A stretch of DNA of 35,018 nucleotides. Source: a virus. Taxonomy: Duplodnaviria; Caudoviricetes. A program made the position numbers and the translations under genes. Location of the stretch: positions 1-35,018 of IMG/VR virus record IMGVR_UViG_3300017774_002064; one strand, given 5' to 3'. Shown here one piece after another: positions 26,137 to 34,463 of the stretch; position 1 is the first letter of the stretch; each line of letters starts with the position of its first letter. Below the pieces are notes generated by a model. That model saw nothing but the letters and a program-made list of their open reading frames with translations, did not search any database and was not told the DNA's origin.

Positions 26137-27116
26137 ACGGCTTTACGCTTCACCTTTCCGTGCAGTTGACGAGAGAAAATTTCGGAGCGGTAGTCCACAG
26201 CCTTGTCCGAGTATGTGGTGTAGCCGCCCTTTACCCACGAATCAGCGTAGGTCATCTGATTTCCGCCTGTCATCTGCGACAACTTCAAATTCGTGACTTC
26301 AACCGTATCGCCCAAGCGAATGGGCGGCAACCCTTCCTTGCGATCCGATGTGCCAATGTAGCCCATGAGCATCCACCCTTCATCGGTCTGAATGCGAACG
26401 CGCCATCGCCACACGCTCATCTTGGCATCATACGCTTTCTGACCAGGAGTATCCACATACGGACTCTTCCCGTCTCGTTCTCCAATGCGGAAGCGCGTGT
26501 TCCTGTACTTCTTGGTCTTCACGGGAATATCAAACACAGGATGCAACTGCACAATCTTGCCGCTGATGTTGAACGGCTTACGAAAGTACTCGGGCTTGGG
26601 CTGCGGTGTGTCGCCGTGTTCCACGCCTTCTTTCACGGTTGTCTTTTTATCGCTGCCGTGGACACTCATGTATCTTTGTATCTCACGAACAAGTTTTCCG
26701 TACTCAATCTTCTTGTCTTCACCTGTGGCTGATGAAAGAGTCTTCGCCGCATTAAGAAGTTTCTTGAGATGTGTCTTTCGCTGCGAAGACCACTCGCTTG
26801 GAATGTTCTTGAGAATCTCATCAGACAATTTTGCAAAGTCTGTCTGCATTGCCTTGGAGGTTTCCTGATCGTCCTTGTATTTGCGCTTCGCGTTGTTCCA
26901 CATATTGCCAACGGTTCGGGGAAGATCACTAACAATCCCTGCCAACCACAGAGCGGCAATAGAACCGTAAACAACCTGATAGAACATGATGTTGTCAGGG
27001 GTTATGATTTGAGGAGCAAAACCCTCTTTCAGTTCTTTGGATAGTTGGTGATTGGTCTTCGTTGAATCACTTAAGTCATGTGAGCCTTCGTTTAAATAAG
27101 AGTAGAAGTCCTTCAT
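26133..27116 (-). CDS. leader-bearing modular putative internal head protein (327 aa)
   Basis: Leader MKDFYSYLNE, further LKE and VKE junctions, and one hydrophobic helix. Confidence 0.7.
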   Translation of the reverse strand: MKDFYSYLNEGSHDLSDSTKTNHQLSKELKEGFAPQIITPDNIMFYQVVYGSIAALWLAGIVSDLPRTVGNMWNNAKRKYKDDQETSKAMQTDFAKLSDEILKNIPSEWSSQRKTHLKKLLNAAKTLSSATGEDKKIEYGKLVREIQRYMSVHGSDKKTTVKEGVEHGDTPQPKPEYFRKPFNISGKIVQLHPVFDIPVKTKKYRNTRFRIGERDGKSPYVDTPGQKAYDAKMSVWRWRVRIQTDEGWMLMGYIGTSDRKEGLPPIRLGDTVEVTNLKLSQMTGGNQMTYADSWVKGGYTTYSDKAVDYRSEIFSRQLHGKVKRKAV

Positions 27117-27685
27117 ATTGCTCCCTCCACATCCATGTCAACCACTGTGTAGCCTGGAAACATACGCGCAAGGTTGTTTGCCACGCGATTCTTGCCGCGC
27201 TGAAGCGCACGATCCCGCAGCAGGTTCTCGCCTGTTGCCGCAGAGATGAGCGATACAGTCTTGCGGAAGCGGTCAACGCGACCCTGATAGTCCGTCATGC
27301 CGCTCGGGTTGCGTGTTCGCTTTGCAGCAGCAAGGTATTCAGGAATGTCACCGTGAATCACATCCTGTGCGGTTTCGCCTTGCGGAATCTCGTACACCAC
27401 GATCTTGCCGTGATCCCACCACCACAGCAGCGGCAAGTATTGGCGCAGAGTCTGTACATCGGTTGTGGGTGGCAGTCCCCACTTCTCAAGCCAACGAGCA
27501 TTGGGGTTGTCATGTCCTGTGTCGGTGTACGATGCGTATTGTTTGCCGTCATAGGTGGTTTCGCCACGCAACCGCTCAAACGTCTTTGCAGCGGTTTTTT
27601 TGTAGCCGCGTGGCTTGCGTGCGCCCTTGACCGCTTTGGTCGCAGAGATCACGGCTTCGCGTAGATGCTGAGTGAAAGACTTCAT
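27113..27685 (-). CDS. leader-bearing putative internal head protein (190 aa)
   Basis: Start moved to ATG 27685, which gives an ATGA overlap with the upstream stop and the leader MKSFTQHLRE. Confidence 0.7.
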   Translation of the reverse strand: MKSFTQHLREAVISATKAVKGARKPRGYKKTAAKTFERLRGETTYDGKQYASYTDTGHDNPNARWLEKWGLPPTTDVQTLRQYLPLLWWWDHGKIVVYEIPQGETAQDVIHGDIPEYLAAAKRTRNPSGMTDYQGRVDRFRKTVSLISAATGENLLRDRALQRGKNRVANNLARMFPGYTVVDMDVEGAI

Positions 27686-28416
27686 GTGCGGTTCCAATCC
27701 TTGGCGCGGACACTCTTGTATCGTCTGCTGTTGCGATCCGCTGTCAGCATCTCCAACACCACATCGGTGTCTTCGCCCATTACTCCACCAATTTCGCGCA
27801 GTGCGGCTTTGGCGGACGAATGCTCTGTGCCTTCAAGCGATGGGCGGTCTTTGCCGTACACCTTGAGCCAGCCCTTCTTGTACGCAACGAGTTGCACTTC
27901 GTGGGCAAGATCAATGTCGGTCTTCAGAATGCTGGCGCGCACGCTTTCGGCGTTGTGATCCTTGCGCTCACCGTCAGCATCGTACCACTTTACATTGTTG
28001 GCGTACAGGTAATTGGCTTCCCGCATGAGTGCCGCGTCTAGTTCTGCTTTTGAAATACCAAACTTCTGCGGCGACTTTACAATCTGCGTGACATGGAAGC
28101 CGTCTGCATTGTGGTTGAATGTGAACCACTGCTTCGTGGGATGCCACCAGCCTGGCTGTCCGTCTGTCCACCCTGACCGCTTGATGCCCTGCCACGGGAA
28201 AGGTTCGCGTGTGGTTTTAGCGGAGCGGCGGGATTGCGACTTGGCAAGTTCCTGTGCGGCTACCCGTGCCATGACTCCACCGTAAAGCCGTGCTTGCCGC
28301 CGCTCGTACGCAATGTCCGCACGACTACGCGCTCCACTCGTAGCGGGTGGCGTGTACGCATTGGGGTTGTCCTCAATGGCTAGGCGTTCGGTGATGTACT
28401 GGCGGAATCCCTTCAT
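27682..28416 (-). CDS. leader-bearing putative internal head protein (244 aa)
   Basis: Leader MKGFRQYITE; first gene after the CTAAATA motif. Confidence 0.7.
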   Translation of the reverse strand: MKGFRQYITERLAIEDNPNAYTPPATSGARSRADIAYERRQARLYGGVMARVAAQELAKSQSRRSAKTTREPFPWQGIKRSGWTDGQPGWWHPTKQWFTFNHNADGFHVTQIVKSPQKFGISKAELDAALMREANYLYANNVKWYDADGERKDHNAESVRASILKTDIDLAHEVQLVAYKKGWLKVYGKDRPSLEGTEHSSAKAALREIGGVMGEDTDVVLEMLTADRNSRRYKSVRAKDWNRT

Positions 28417-28421
28417 GTCTC

Positions 28422-28428
28422 TATTTAG
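28422..28428 (-). promoter_or_regulatory. T4-type late promoter (CTAAATA)
   Basis: TATTTAG on the + strand, 5 nt upstream of ATG 28416 and directly behind a terminator. Confidence 0.75.
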
Positions 28429-28432
28429 CCTG

Positions 28433-28456
28433 AAGAAAACCCCCTTGCGGGGGTTT
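28433..28456 (-). terminator. intrinsic terminator
   Basis: Minus strand AAACCCCC-GCAA-GGGGGTTT-TCTT; same CCCCCGCAAGGGGG core as the terminator at 3653. Confidence 0.85.
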
Positions 28457-28460
28457 GGTG

Positions 28461-28961
28461 TTACTTGCTCTTCAGCACCTTGCCGATGGTCTTGTGGAGC
28501 CGCTTGTGGGCTTTCTCTCCTGCCTTGCCTGGCTTCTCCTCTAGGTCTTCGGCGTTTGCTGCCCGCAGCCGTGCCAGTGCTGCCTGTTCACACGCGCTCG
28601 CTTCCTCCAATGCAGCCCCTGCGCCCTTGCTCCGCAGCAGCCCACGAATGTCTGCCAGTTCTCGGGCGGCGTCACGGTCGCCCTTCAGCACACGCGCCTC
28701 GTACTTCCGCATCAATTCCCGCAGACGGGTAGTACTCAACTTCTCCAACTGAGCGCGGGTGTGGGATTCGGTGACCTTTCCCGCCTTGTCGTACCGCTTG
28801 CCAGACTTGCTTGGCGGAATGGGAGCAGGAGTCTTTTCCACTTTGGCGTAGCCCTTGCGCTTCGGCTGCTCGCCACGGCTTGTGATCTCGGCAATGACAT
28901 CGCCAATGCTGCTGCGGTTTTCGGGATTACGGAATGGGAATGGGTCAAGAAATAGTTTCAT
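28461..28961 (-). CDS. basic hypothetical protein (166 aa)
   Basis: AGGAG RBS, ATGA overlap, stop immediately before the terminator. Confidence 0.65.
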   Translation of the reverse strand: MKLFLDPFPFRNPENRSSIGDVIAEITSRGEQPKRKGYAKVEKTPAPIPPSKSGKRYDKAGKVTESHTRAQLEKLSTTRLRELMRKYEARVLKGDRDAARELADIRGLLRSKGAGAALEEASACEQAALARLRAANAEDLEEKPGKAGEKAHKRLHKTIGKVLKSK

Positions 28962-29191
28962 TGCTTGGTGTTCTCCTGTGAAATTATGTAGCCTTCAAGA
29001 GGGGTGCGAGCAGAGGAGATGCGTAGCAAACGATTAAAGAATTCACGCCGTTTACCACATGAGGCACACTCAGGGATGCGGAGAGCGTGTGTGAGTGTAG
29101 AAATCGCATCGCCTAGACCGAAACCCGCACTGGTGCCACCAGAATGCGGATTGGGTGGAATATTTGAGAATGTAGCCCCACTTTGCGACAC
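28958..29191 (-). CDS. small CxxC protein ('GLGD...C..C..R' type)
   Basis: 'GLGDAISTLTHALRIPECASCGKRREFFN' resembles a common small phage family; GTG start. Confidence 0.55.
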   Translation of the reverse strand: MSQSGATFSNIPPNPHSGGTSAGFGLGDAISTLTHALRIPECASCGKRREFFNRLLRISSARTPLEGYIISQENTKQ

Positions 29192-29245
29192 TGCGCCCCA
29201 CCTTTCGGAACCTGTGAAAAAATAGGGTTGTGCGTGGTAATGCGT

Positions 29246-29530
29246 TTACTGTGCGCCGTATTTGCGACCACGCAGAGAGGCAGCGCGTTCCATGTTCTGC
29301 CGCGCACTCTTGGGCAGACCGCGTGACATTTTACGCGCCAATTCCTTAAAGTCTGCGCCTGGTCCCACCGTGGCATCCACTCCCATCACTGGCACACTGA
29401 TACCGCGCTCCACACCACGCTTTCCGCACTGTGGGCACGGTGCGCTGCACGGCGCGTCACGGTCGTCTATCTTTTTAATGTCTTCAAAAGCGTGTTTACA
29501 CGCACGGCACTGGTACTCATAGGTGGGCAT
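29246..29530 (-). CDS. FmdB-family zinc-ribbon protein
   Basis: 'MPTYEYQCRACKHAFE...PCPQCG'; AGGAG RBS. Confidence 0.85.
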   Translation of the reverse strand: MPTYEYQCRACKHAFEDIKKIDDRDAPCSAPCPQCGKRGVERGISVPVMGVDATVGPGADFKELARKMSRGLPKSARQNMERAASLRGRKYGAQ

Positions 29531-29554
29531 AGTGTAGTCTCCTACACCTATGTA

Positions 29555-29974
29555 TCAGCACTCCCGTGCGAGTTTCCTCATGTACTTGCGGTGTTCGCGC
29601 AGCAGTACACGGCGTGGAATAGGCAATTTAAAAGTCCTACACAGTTCCAGAGCCTCGGCTTCAGTCTTCTGCTCTAGGGTCAGGTAGTCCTTCTCTCTGT
29701 AGATGGGGTCGTCCCGCATCCACTGCTGAAAGTGGGCGTACTCATGGACAAGGGTGTACAGCCAGTCAGAGGTGCGGCGACCACCAACCGCCACGCGCAG
29801 TTCACCCTGATGCCCCTGCGAGTGCCACGGTTCAATGAAATATCCCTGACAGCGTTCGCCGCCAGCGTTCACCCGATACCCACTGGACAGGGTGAAGCGC
29901 ACATTGCACTTCTTGCACTGTACGCGCACGGTCTTGAGAAAGTGTTGGACGCGGGGATTCTTCATGTAAGCCAT
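29555..29974 (-). CDS. small HExxH zincin-like metallopeptidase
   Basis: 'TLVHEYAHFQQW' with downstream 'LEQKTE.EA'; GAGGAG RBS. Confidence 0.65.
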   Translation of the reverse strand: MAYMKNPRVQHFLKTVRVQCKKCNVRFTLSSGYRVNAGGERCQGYFIEPWHSQGHQGELRVAVGGRRTSDWLYTLVHEYAHFQQWMRDDPIYREKDYLTLEQKTEAEALELCRTFKLPIPRRVLLREHRKYMRKLAREC

Positions 29975-30213
29975 TGGAACTCCTCGGGTTAGGTACTATT
30001 AGATAGTCTAGTCTACACTAGAAATCCGTGAAGAATAGGGTGCCGTATCATTCTAATCGCATTCAAAAATTTGTCCTGCAGGCGGCGTGCGGGCGCGGGT
30101 GCGTGTTGAGGAGTTAAGGGGTTGCGCGTAATGGGTTCAGTGCGCGGCTCTCGAAACCAGTGCGTGCGGCTCGTGCAGGCGCGTGCCGATTGGAAAATTG
30201 GCGTGGGAACGGG

Positions 30214-30261
30214 TTATCGGACCTCGCTGTCCCCGTAAGTCCTTATTTCACAAGGGGTTAC
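30214..30261. repeat. early-promoter-associated element, copy 1 (box A plus 27-bp imperfect palindrome)
   Basis: TTATCGGACCTCGCTGTCCCCGTAAG (30214-30239) overlapping GTAAGTCCTTATTTCACAAGGGGTTAC (30235-30261). Confidence 0.75.
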
Positions 30262-30280
30262 GATTTTTGGCGGGTGATGC

Positions 30281-30309
30281 TTGCAGAAATGCCCATTTTC
30301 CAGTACAAT
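30281..30309 (+). promoter_or_regulatory. sigma70-type early promoter
   Basis: TTGCAG-N17-TACAAT; ATG 30316 follows after 6 nt. Confidence 0.75.
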
Positions 30310-30315
30310 TGGGGC

Positions 30316-32664
30316 ATGGTTCCGATTCTCTCTGCCACTACCCCGTCCGCTCCCACTGCCGCGAAGTCGATGCTTGCGCGTCTGCTTGCGACTGAAAACA
30401 TTTCGGTTGTTCACCAGAACATCCCGACCGCGTTCTTTGACCTGCGTACCCGTTCGCTGCACCTCCCCATGTGGAGCAACGCCAGCGGTTCGCTCTACGA
30501 TATGCTTGTGGGTCACGAAGTGGCTCACGCCCTGTTCACTCCCGCTGACGGTTGGCGCACCGCGATTGACACGATCAGCGCGGCTACGGGTTGCGAACGG
30601 GACACTGCGAAGCAGTACCTGAACATCGTTGAGGACGCGCGCATTGAGCGCATGATTCAGACGAAGTTCCGTGGTCTGAAGGCTGACTTCATCAATGCGT
30701 ACAAGACCCTGATGGAGCGCGAGTTCTTTGGCGATATTTCAAACACGAACGCGCTCATCTTTGCCGACCGCTTCAACCTGCACTTCAAGTGCGGTGTCCA
30801 CGCGGGTACGGTGATCCGCTTCAGCGCGGAGGAAGCCGCTCTTGTCTCCCGTGGCGAGACTGTCGCCACTTGGGAGGAAGTTGTCGCCCTCGCGCAGGAC
30901 ATGATCACCTACGCGCAGGAGCAGCAGCGCAAGCAGCAGCAGCAGGATCCGCAGTCGCAGGAAACCCCCGAAGACGGCGAAGACGGTGCTGACGGCGAAG
31001 CCGAAGTGGACGCTAGCGGTACGGATGAGGCGCAGGAGGGGAGCGAAGACGGCTCCAACGCAGGTGCTGGCGAAGGCGAAGAGCGCGAAACGCAGTCCGA
31101 ACAGGGCGGCGCGAGTGCTGGCGGTGACGAGCCGACCGAAGAGCCGCAGGGCGAGTCCGCCAGTGGCGGACAGGGCAAGCCGAAGAAGTCCAACGACATG
31201 AACAGCGGTATTGCTCCGCAGACCAACGCGAGTCTTGAAAAGGCTCTTGAGGAGTTTGCGAAGAGCGATATGGGTGAAGTGGAGGAGATTGTGCGCGTCA
31301 CCACGAAGGAGTTGTCGCAGTCCTGCAAGGTGCTTGACTACACGCAGTTCCTCGCGGATATGCGTGGTTCGGGCATGAGCCGCTACATGGCACAGCCCAT
31401 CCGCATCTCTGACTACACCACCGCATCGGTCACGATGGCGACCGCGTTCAACCGCCGCAAGGCTGCTGACAACTGGCGCCGCACCTCGGTGTCCAAGAGC
31501 GGTTCGCTTGATACCCTCCGCATGAATCAGTACAAGTGGACGGACGACATCTTCCGCCGCACCACCCGCGTGGCTGACGGCAAGAACCACGGCATCGTGA
31601 TTCTGCTTGACTGGTCTGCGTCCATGAGCCAGATCATGCAGTCCACGATGGGTCAGTTGTTCATCCTTGCGGACTTCTGCCGCAAGTGTGGCATTCCGTT
31701 TGAAGTGTACGCTTTCTCGGACATGGGCTACTTCAACATCAAGGACGGCTACTCCGCGCAGGGCAAGGCTGAACGCGATGCTGCGTACACGCAGGACTCG
31801 GAACGCCGTCAGAACGCGCTGCTCACCACGAAGGGGCTTACCATGATGAACCTGCTGTCCTCGCGCATGAACAGCGCGGACTACGAGGCTGCAAAGACCT
31901 GCCTGTGGAACTGGCGCCAGATGGGTTCGTGCGACTACCGCTACGGACTCAACGGTACGCCCACCACTGCGGCTCTTGTTGCTGCTGCTGATCTTGTGGA
32001 GGCTTTCATCAAGCGTAGCCGCATTCAGATTGCCCACACCGTGGTGCTGACGGACGGTGAGCCGACCGATGCCATTGAGTTTAATTGGCAAAAGTACACC
32101 CCGTCCGCTGGCTACCTCCGCCAGTCTAGGACTGCTGTTGTGATCACGGATGAGCGCACGGGCGCGGCTTACGATCTGAACCGCGTCACGAAGTACGGCA
32201 AGGACGCGCACGGCTACCGCGTCCACAAGGGCTTCTTTCAGTTCGGCACGAACGGCGTTCCCGACACCGTGCGTCACCCGCAGTGCATGATTGCTGTGGA
32301 CATCCTGCGCCGCCGCACTGGCTCCAAGGTGCATTGGATTGGTCTGGTGGGCTACAGCCGCCGTGCGGTTGAACCCGCGCACTACGGCATGGTCTGCAAG
32401 ACGAACGAGTGGAAGCGTGACGGTTTCGTGCGTGGCGATGTTTGGGGTTGGGATTCCGCCATCATCGTGGACGCTGATCGTTTCAGCCGCGATGCGAACG
32501 GTACGATCAGCAGCAACGCGCAGATCGCCATCGACAAGGCAGAGTCCAAGATGGACACCGCCAAGACGAACAACTCGCTTGCAAAGGCGTTCATGGAAAC
32601 GCAGATCGCGCACGGTGCGCTCCGCTCTGTTGCGAATCACATCGGGGAATACCTCGCTGTGTAA
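30316..32664 (+). CDS. CobT-like HExxH metallopeptidase-domain / VWA protein (partner of the AAA+ ATPase)
   Basis: 'LARLLATENI.V', 'GHEVAHAL', 'NIVEDARIE', an acidic linker, MIDAS 'LLDWSASM', 'GTP', 'LTDGE'. Start moved to ATG 30316. Confidence 0.88.
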   Translation: MVPILSATTPSAPTAAKSMLARLLATENISVVHQNIPTAFFDLRTRSLHLPMWSNASGSLYDMLVGHEVAHALFTPADGWRTAIDTISAATGCERDTAKQYLNIVEDARIERMIQTKFRGLKADFINAYKTLMEREFFGDISNTNALIFADRFNLHFKCGVHAGTVIRFSAEEAALVSRGETVATWEEVVALAQDMITYAQEQQRKQQQQDPQSQETPEDGEDGADGEAEVDASGTDEAQEGSEDGSNAGAGEGEERETQSEQGGASAGGDEPTEEPQGESASGGQGKPKKSNDMNSGIAPQTNASLEKALEEFAKSDMGEVEEIVRVTTKELSQSCKVLDYTQFLADMRGSGMSRYMAQPIRISDYTTASVTMATAFNRRKAADNWRRTSVSKSGSLDTLRMNQYKWTDDIFRRTTRVADGKNHGIVILLDWSASMSQIMQSTMGQLFILADFCRKCGIPFEVYAFSDMGYFNIKDGYSAQGKAERDAAYTQDSERRQNALLTTKGLTMMNLLSSRMNSADYEAAKTCLWNWRQMGSCDYRYGLNGTPTTAALVAAADLVEAFIKRSRIQIAHTVVLTDGEPTDAIEFNWQKYTPSAGYLRQSRTAVVITDERTGAAYDLNRVTKYGKDAHGYRVHKGFFQFGTNGVPDTVRHPQCMIAVDILRRRTGSKVHWIGLVGYSRRAVEPAHYGMVCKTNEWKRDGFVRGDVWGWDSAIIVDADRFSRDANGTISSNAQIAIDKAESKMDTAKTNNSLAKAFMETQIAHGALRSVANHIGEYLAV

Positions 32665-32688
32665 AATCGGCAGTTTTTCAAAGATAGT

Positions 32689-32748
32689 GTAAACACCCAT
32701 CACACAAGGGGTTACAGCAAGTATTATCGGACGCGCTGTCCCCGCAAG
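32689..32748. repeat. early-promoter-associated element, copy 2 (27-bp element plus box A)
   Basis: GTAAACACCCATCACACAAGGGGTTAC (32689-32715) and TTATCGGACGCGCTGTCCCCGCAAG (32724-32748). Confidence 0.75.
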
Positions 32749-32750
32749 CC

Positions 32751-32779
32751 TTGAAATACAGGCAGAAATGCAGTAAAAT
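32751..32779 (+). promoter_or_regulatory. sigma70-type early promoter
   Basis: TTGAAA-N17-TAAAAT; ATG 32787 follows after 7 nt. Confidence 0.8.
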
Positions 32780-32786
32780 AAACCAC

Positions 32787-34121
32787 ATGAAGACCGCTTC
32801 TTTCAACATGACCTCTTCCCAGTTCGCCTTTATTGCTGCTGTTCGTCCGCACCTCGCGGCGTTCGGCATCACTGCCAAGACTTCCTGCAATGGGCAGTCG
32901 GTGCAGTTCTCGCCCCTGTTCCGCGCCGCGCACAAGGCGGGCTACGCTGCTGTTCCCGCGTGGTGCATGGACAAGACCCGCAAGTGTGGGCGTGGCGTGT
33001 ACGCGCTGCCTGAACTCTTCGCGGACGATGCCGCGTTCACGATCACCGAAGTGAAGCGTGGTCGCCCTGCGGGTGCGAAGTCTGCGAAGACTGCGAAGCG
33101 CACGGAGCCGAAGGCGGCTCCCGCTCCTGTCGTGACTGCGAACGCTCCTGCTGTTGAGGAGTGCAGCGCGGTTGCGCTCACTGCGGGTACGGACGCGGCT
33201 GAACTCGCGCGTACCATCACGCAGGGCGAGAGCGAAACCTTCACTCCCGCCACGGACGACAACTACATTCCGTGGGGCTACCACAACGAGATCAAGTCCA
33301 TCATCAAGTCCAAGCGGTTCTGCCCCGTGTTCATCACGGGTCTGAGCGGCAACGGCAAGACCACGATGGTGGAGCAGGTGTGCGCTCAGTTGAAGCGCGA
33401 GTGTGTGCGCGTGAACTTCACTGCGGCTACGGACGAGGACGAACTCCTCGGTGGCTTCCGCCTCATCAACGGCGAAACCCGCTTCGTGCCTGGTCCCGTG
33501 CTTGTGGCGATGGAGCGCGGCTCCGTGCTGCTGCTTGACGAGATCGACCTTGGTGGTCACCTCATCATGTGCTTGCAGTCCGTGCTTGAAGGCAAGGGCA
33601 AGTTCATCCCCAAGATCGGCAAGTATGTGCGCCCTGCGCCTGGCTTCACCGTGGTGGCTACGGCTAACACGAAGGGCAAGGGCAGCGATGACGGTCGGTT
33701 CGCGGGTACGAACATCCTGAACGAAGCGTTCCTTGACCGTTTCGCGTTCACCTACGAACAGGACTACGCGGACACCAAGATTGAGAAGAAGATTCTCAAG
33801 AAGGTCGCGGACTCCGTTGGCGTGGACGATGATGCGTTCCTTGACAACCTTGTGACTTGGGCGGATATCATCCGCAAGTCGTTCAAGCAGCAGGTGGTCA
33901 GCGAGATCATCACCACGCGCCGTCTGCGCGACATCGTGTTCGCGTTCTCGGTGTTCGGTGACAAGATGACCGCGATTGAGCGGTGCGTGTCGCGGTTCGA
34001 CCCGACCACGAAGGAGGCGTTCACGCAGATGTACACGAAGGTGGACGCTGACGCACAGCCGAAGCCCACCGTGGACGCTACTGCTCCGAAGTCCGACAAC
34101 ACCAACGCTTGCCCGTTCTAA
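32787..34121 (+). CDS. cobS: phage CobS-like / MoxR-family AAA+ ATPase
   Basis: Walker A 'GLSGNGKT', Walker B 'LLLDEID', 'ATANTKGKGSDDGRF.GTNILNEAFLDRF', 'ITTRRL'. Start moved to ATG 32787. Confidence 0.9.
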   Translation: MKTASFNMTSSQFAFIAAVRPHLAAFGITAKTSCNGQSVQFSPLFRAAHKAGYAAVPAWCMDKTRKCGRGVYALPELFADDAAFTITEVKRGRPAGAKSAKTAKRTEPKAAPAPVVTANAPAVEECSAVALTAGTDAAELARTITQGESETFTPATDDNYIPWGYHNEIKSIIKSKRFCPVFITGLSGNGKTTMVEQVCAQLKRECVRVNFTAATDEDELLGGFRLINGETRFVPGPVLVAMERGSVLLLDEIDLGGHLIMCLQSVLEGKGKFIPKIGKYVRPAPGFTVVATANTKGKGSDDGRFAGTNILNEAFLDRFAFTYEQDYADTKIEKKILKKVADSVGVDDDAFLDNLVTWADIIRKSFKQQVVSEIITTRRLRDIVFAFSVFGDKMTAIERCVSRFDPTTKEAFTQMYTKVDADAQPKPTVDATAPKSDNTNACPF

Positions 34122-34133
34122 TAGGAGGCACAT

Positions 34134-34448
34134 ATGCTAGGCGGCATTCGCATTGTTCACACACCCCAACAGGGGAAAACGCTTCACGAACACAATCAGA
34201 TTCGCATCAAGTTTCCCAACGGGTATCAGGTCAGCGCGGTGTACGGTGCGCTTGCGTACTCCACCGATCACAACGGGAGCCGCATCACTGCTCCGCTACA
34301 ACACGAACAGTTTGCGTCCTCTGTAGAGGTCGCAATCTTCCAACCGAACGGCGAAATAGTGCCGTTCAAGGACGGTCAAGAAGTCAAGGGATTTGTTACC
34401 GTCACCGATTTGTTTCAGATTCTCAACTGGGTTTCCACCCAAAAGTAA
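34134..34448 (+). CDS. hypothetical protein (104 aa)
   Basis: AGGAGG RBS; 'FPNGYQVS...EVAIF' pattern typical of small early phage genes. Confidence 0.7.
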   Translation: MLGGIRIVHTPQQGKTLHEHNQIRIKFPNGYQVSAVYGALAYSTDHNGSRITAPLQHEQFASSVEVAIFQPNGEIVPFKDGQEVKGFVTVTDLFQILNWVSTQK

Positions 34449-34463
34449 AAGGACACGCTTTCA

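Noticed and set aside
29990-30040. TAGTCTAGTCTA direct repeat / TCTAGT-N4-ACTAGA hairpin and a possible minus-strand promoter
   Set aside because: Short, single-copy and with imperfect spacing; not enough to call an origin or promoter.
32651-32660. ACCTCGCTGT at the end of the VWA gene, identical to 30221-30230
   Set aside because: Only 10 bp and inside coding sequence; it may be chance, though worth rechecking if the early repeats prove to be recombination sites.
1648-32786. ORF-track start positions 1648, 3671, 4520, 16545, 27697, 30160 and 32751
   Set aside because: These upstream extensions run through terminators, promoters, RBSs or the neighbouring gene; downstream starts fit the RBS, promoter and motif evidence better.
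30316-34121. CobS/CobT plus NrdJ as a phage cobalamin-synthesis pathway
   Set aside because: No CobN or other cob genes are present; phage CobS/VWA pairs are MoxR-type chaperone modules found regardless of RNR class.
30739-34133. Long antisense ORFs of 654 aa and 469 aa
   Set aside because: They are shadows of the strongly codon-biased VWA and AAA+ genes, with no motifs or RBS.
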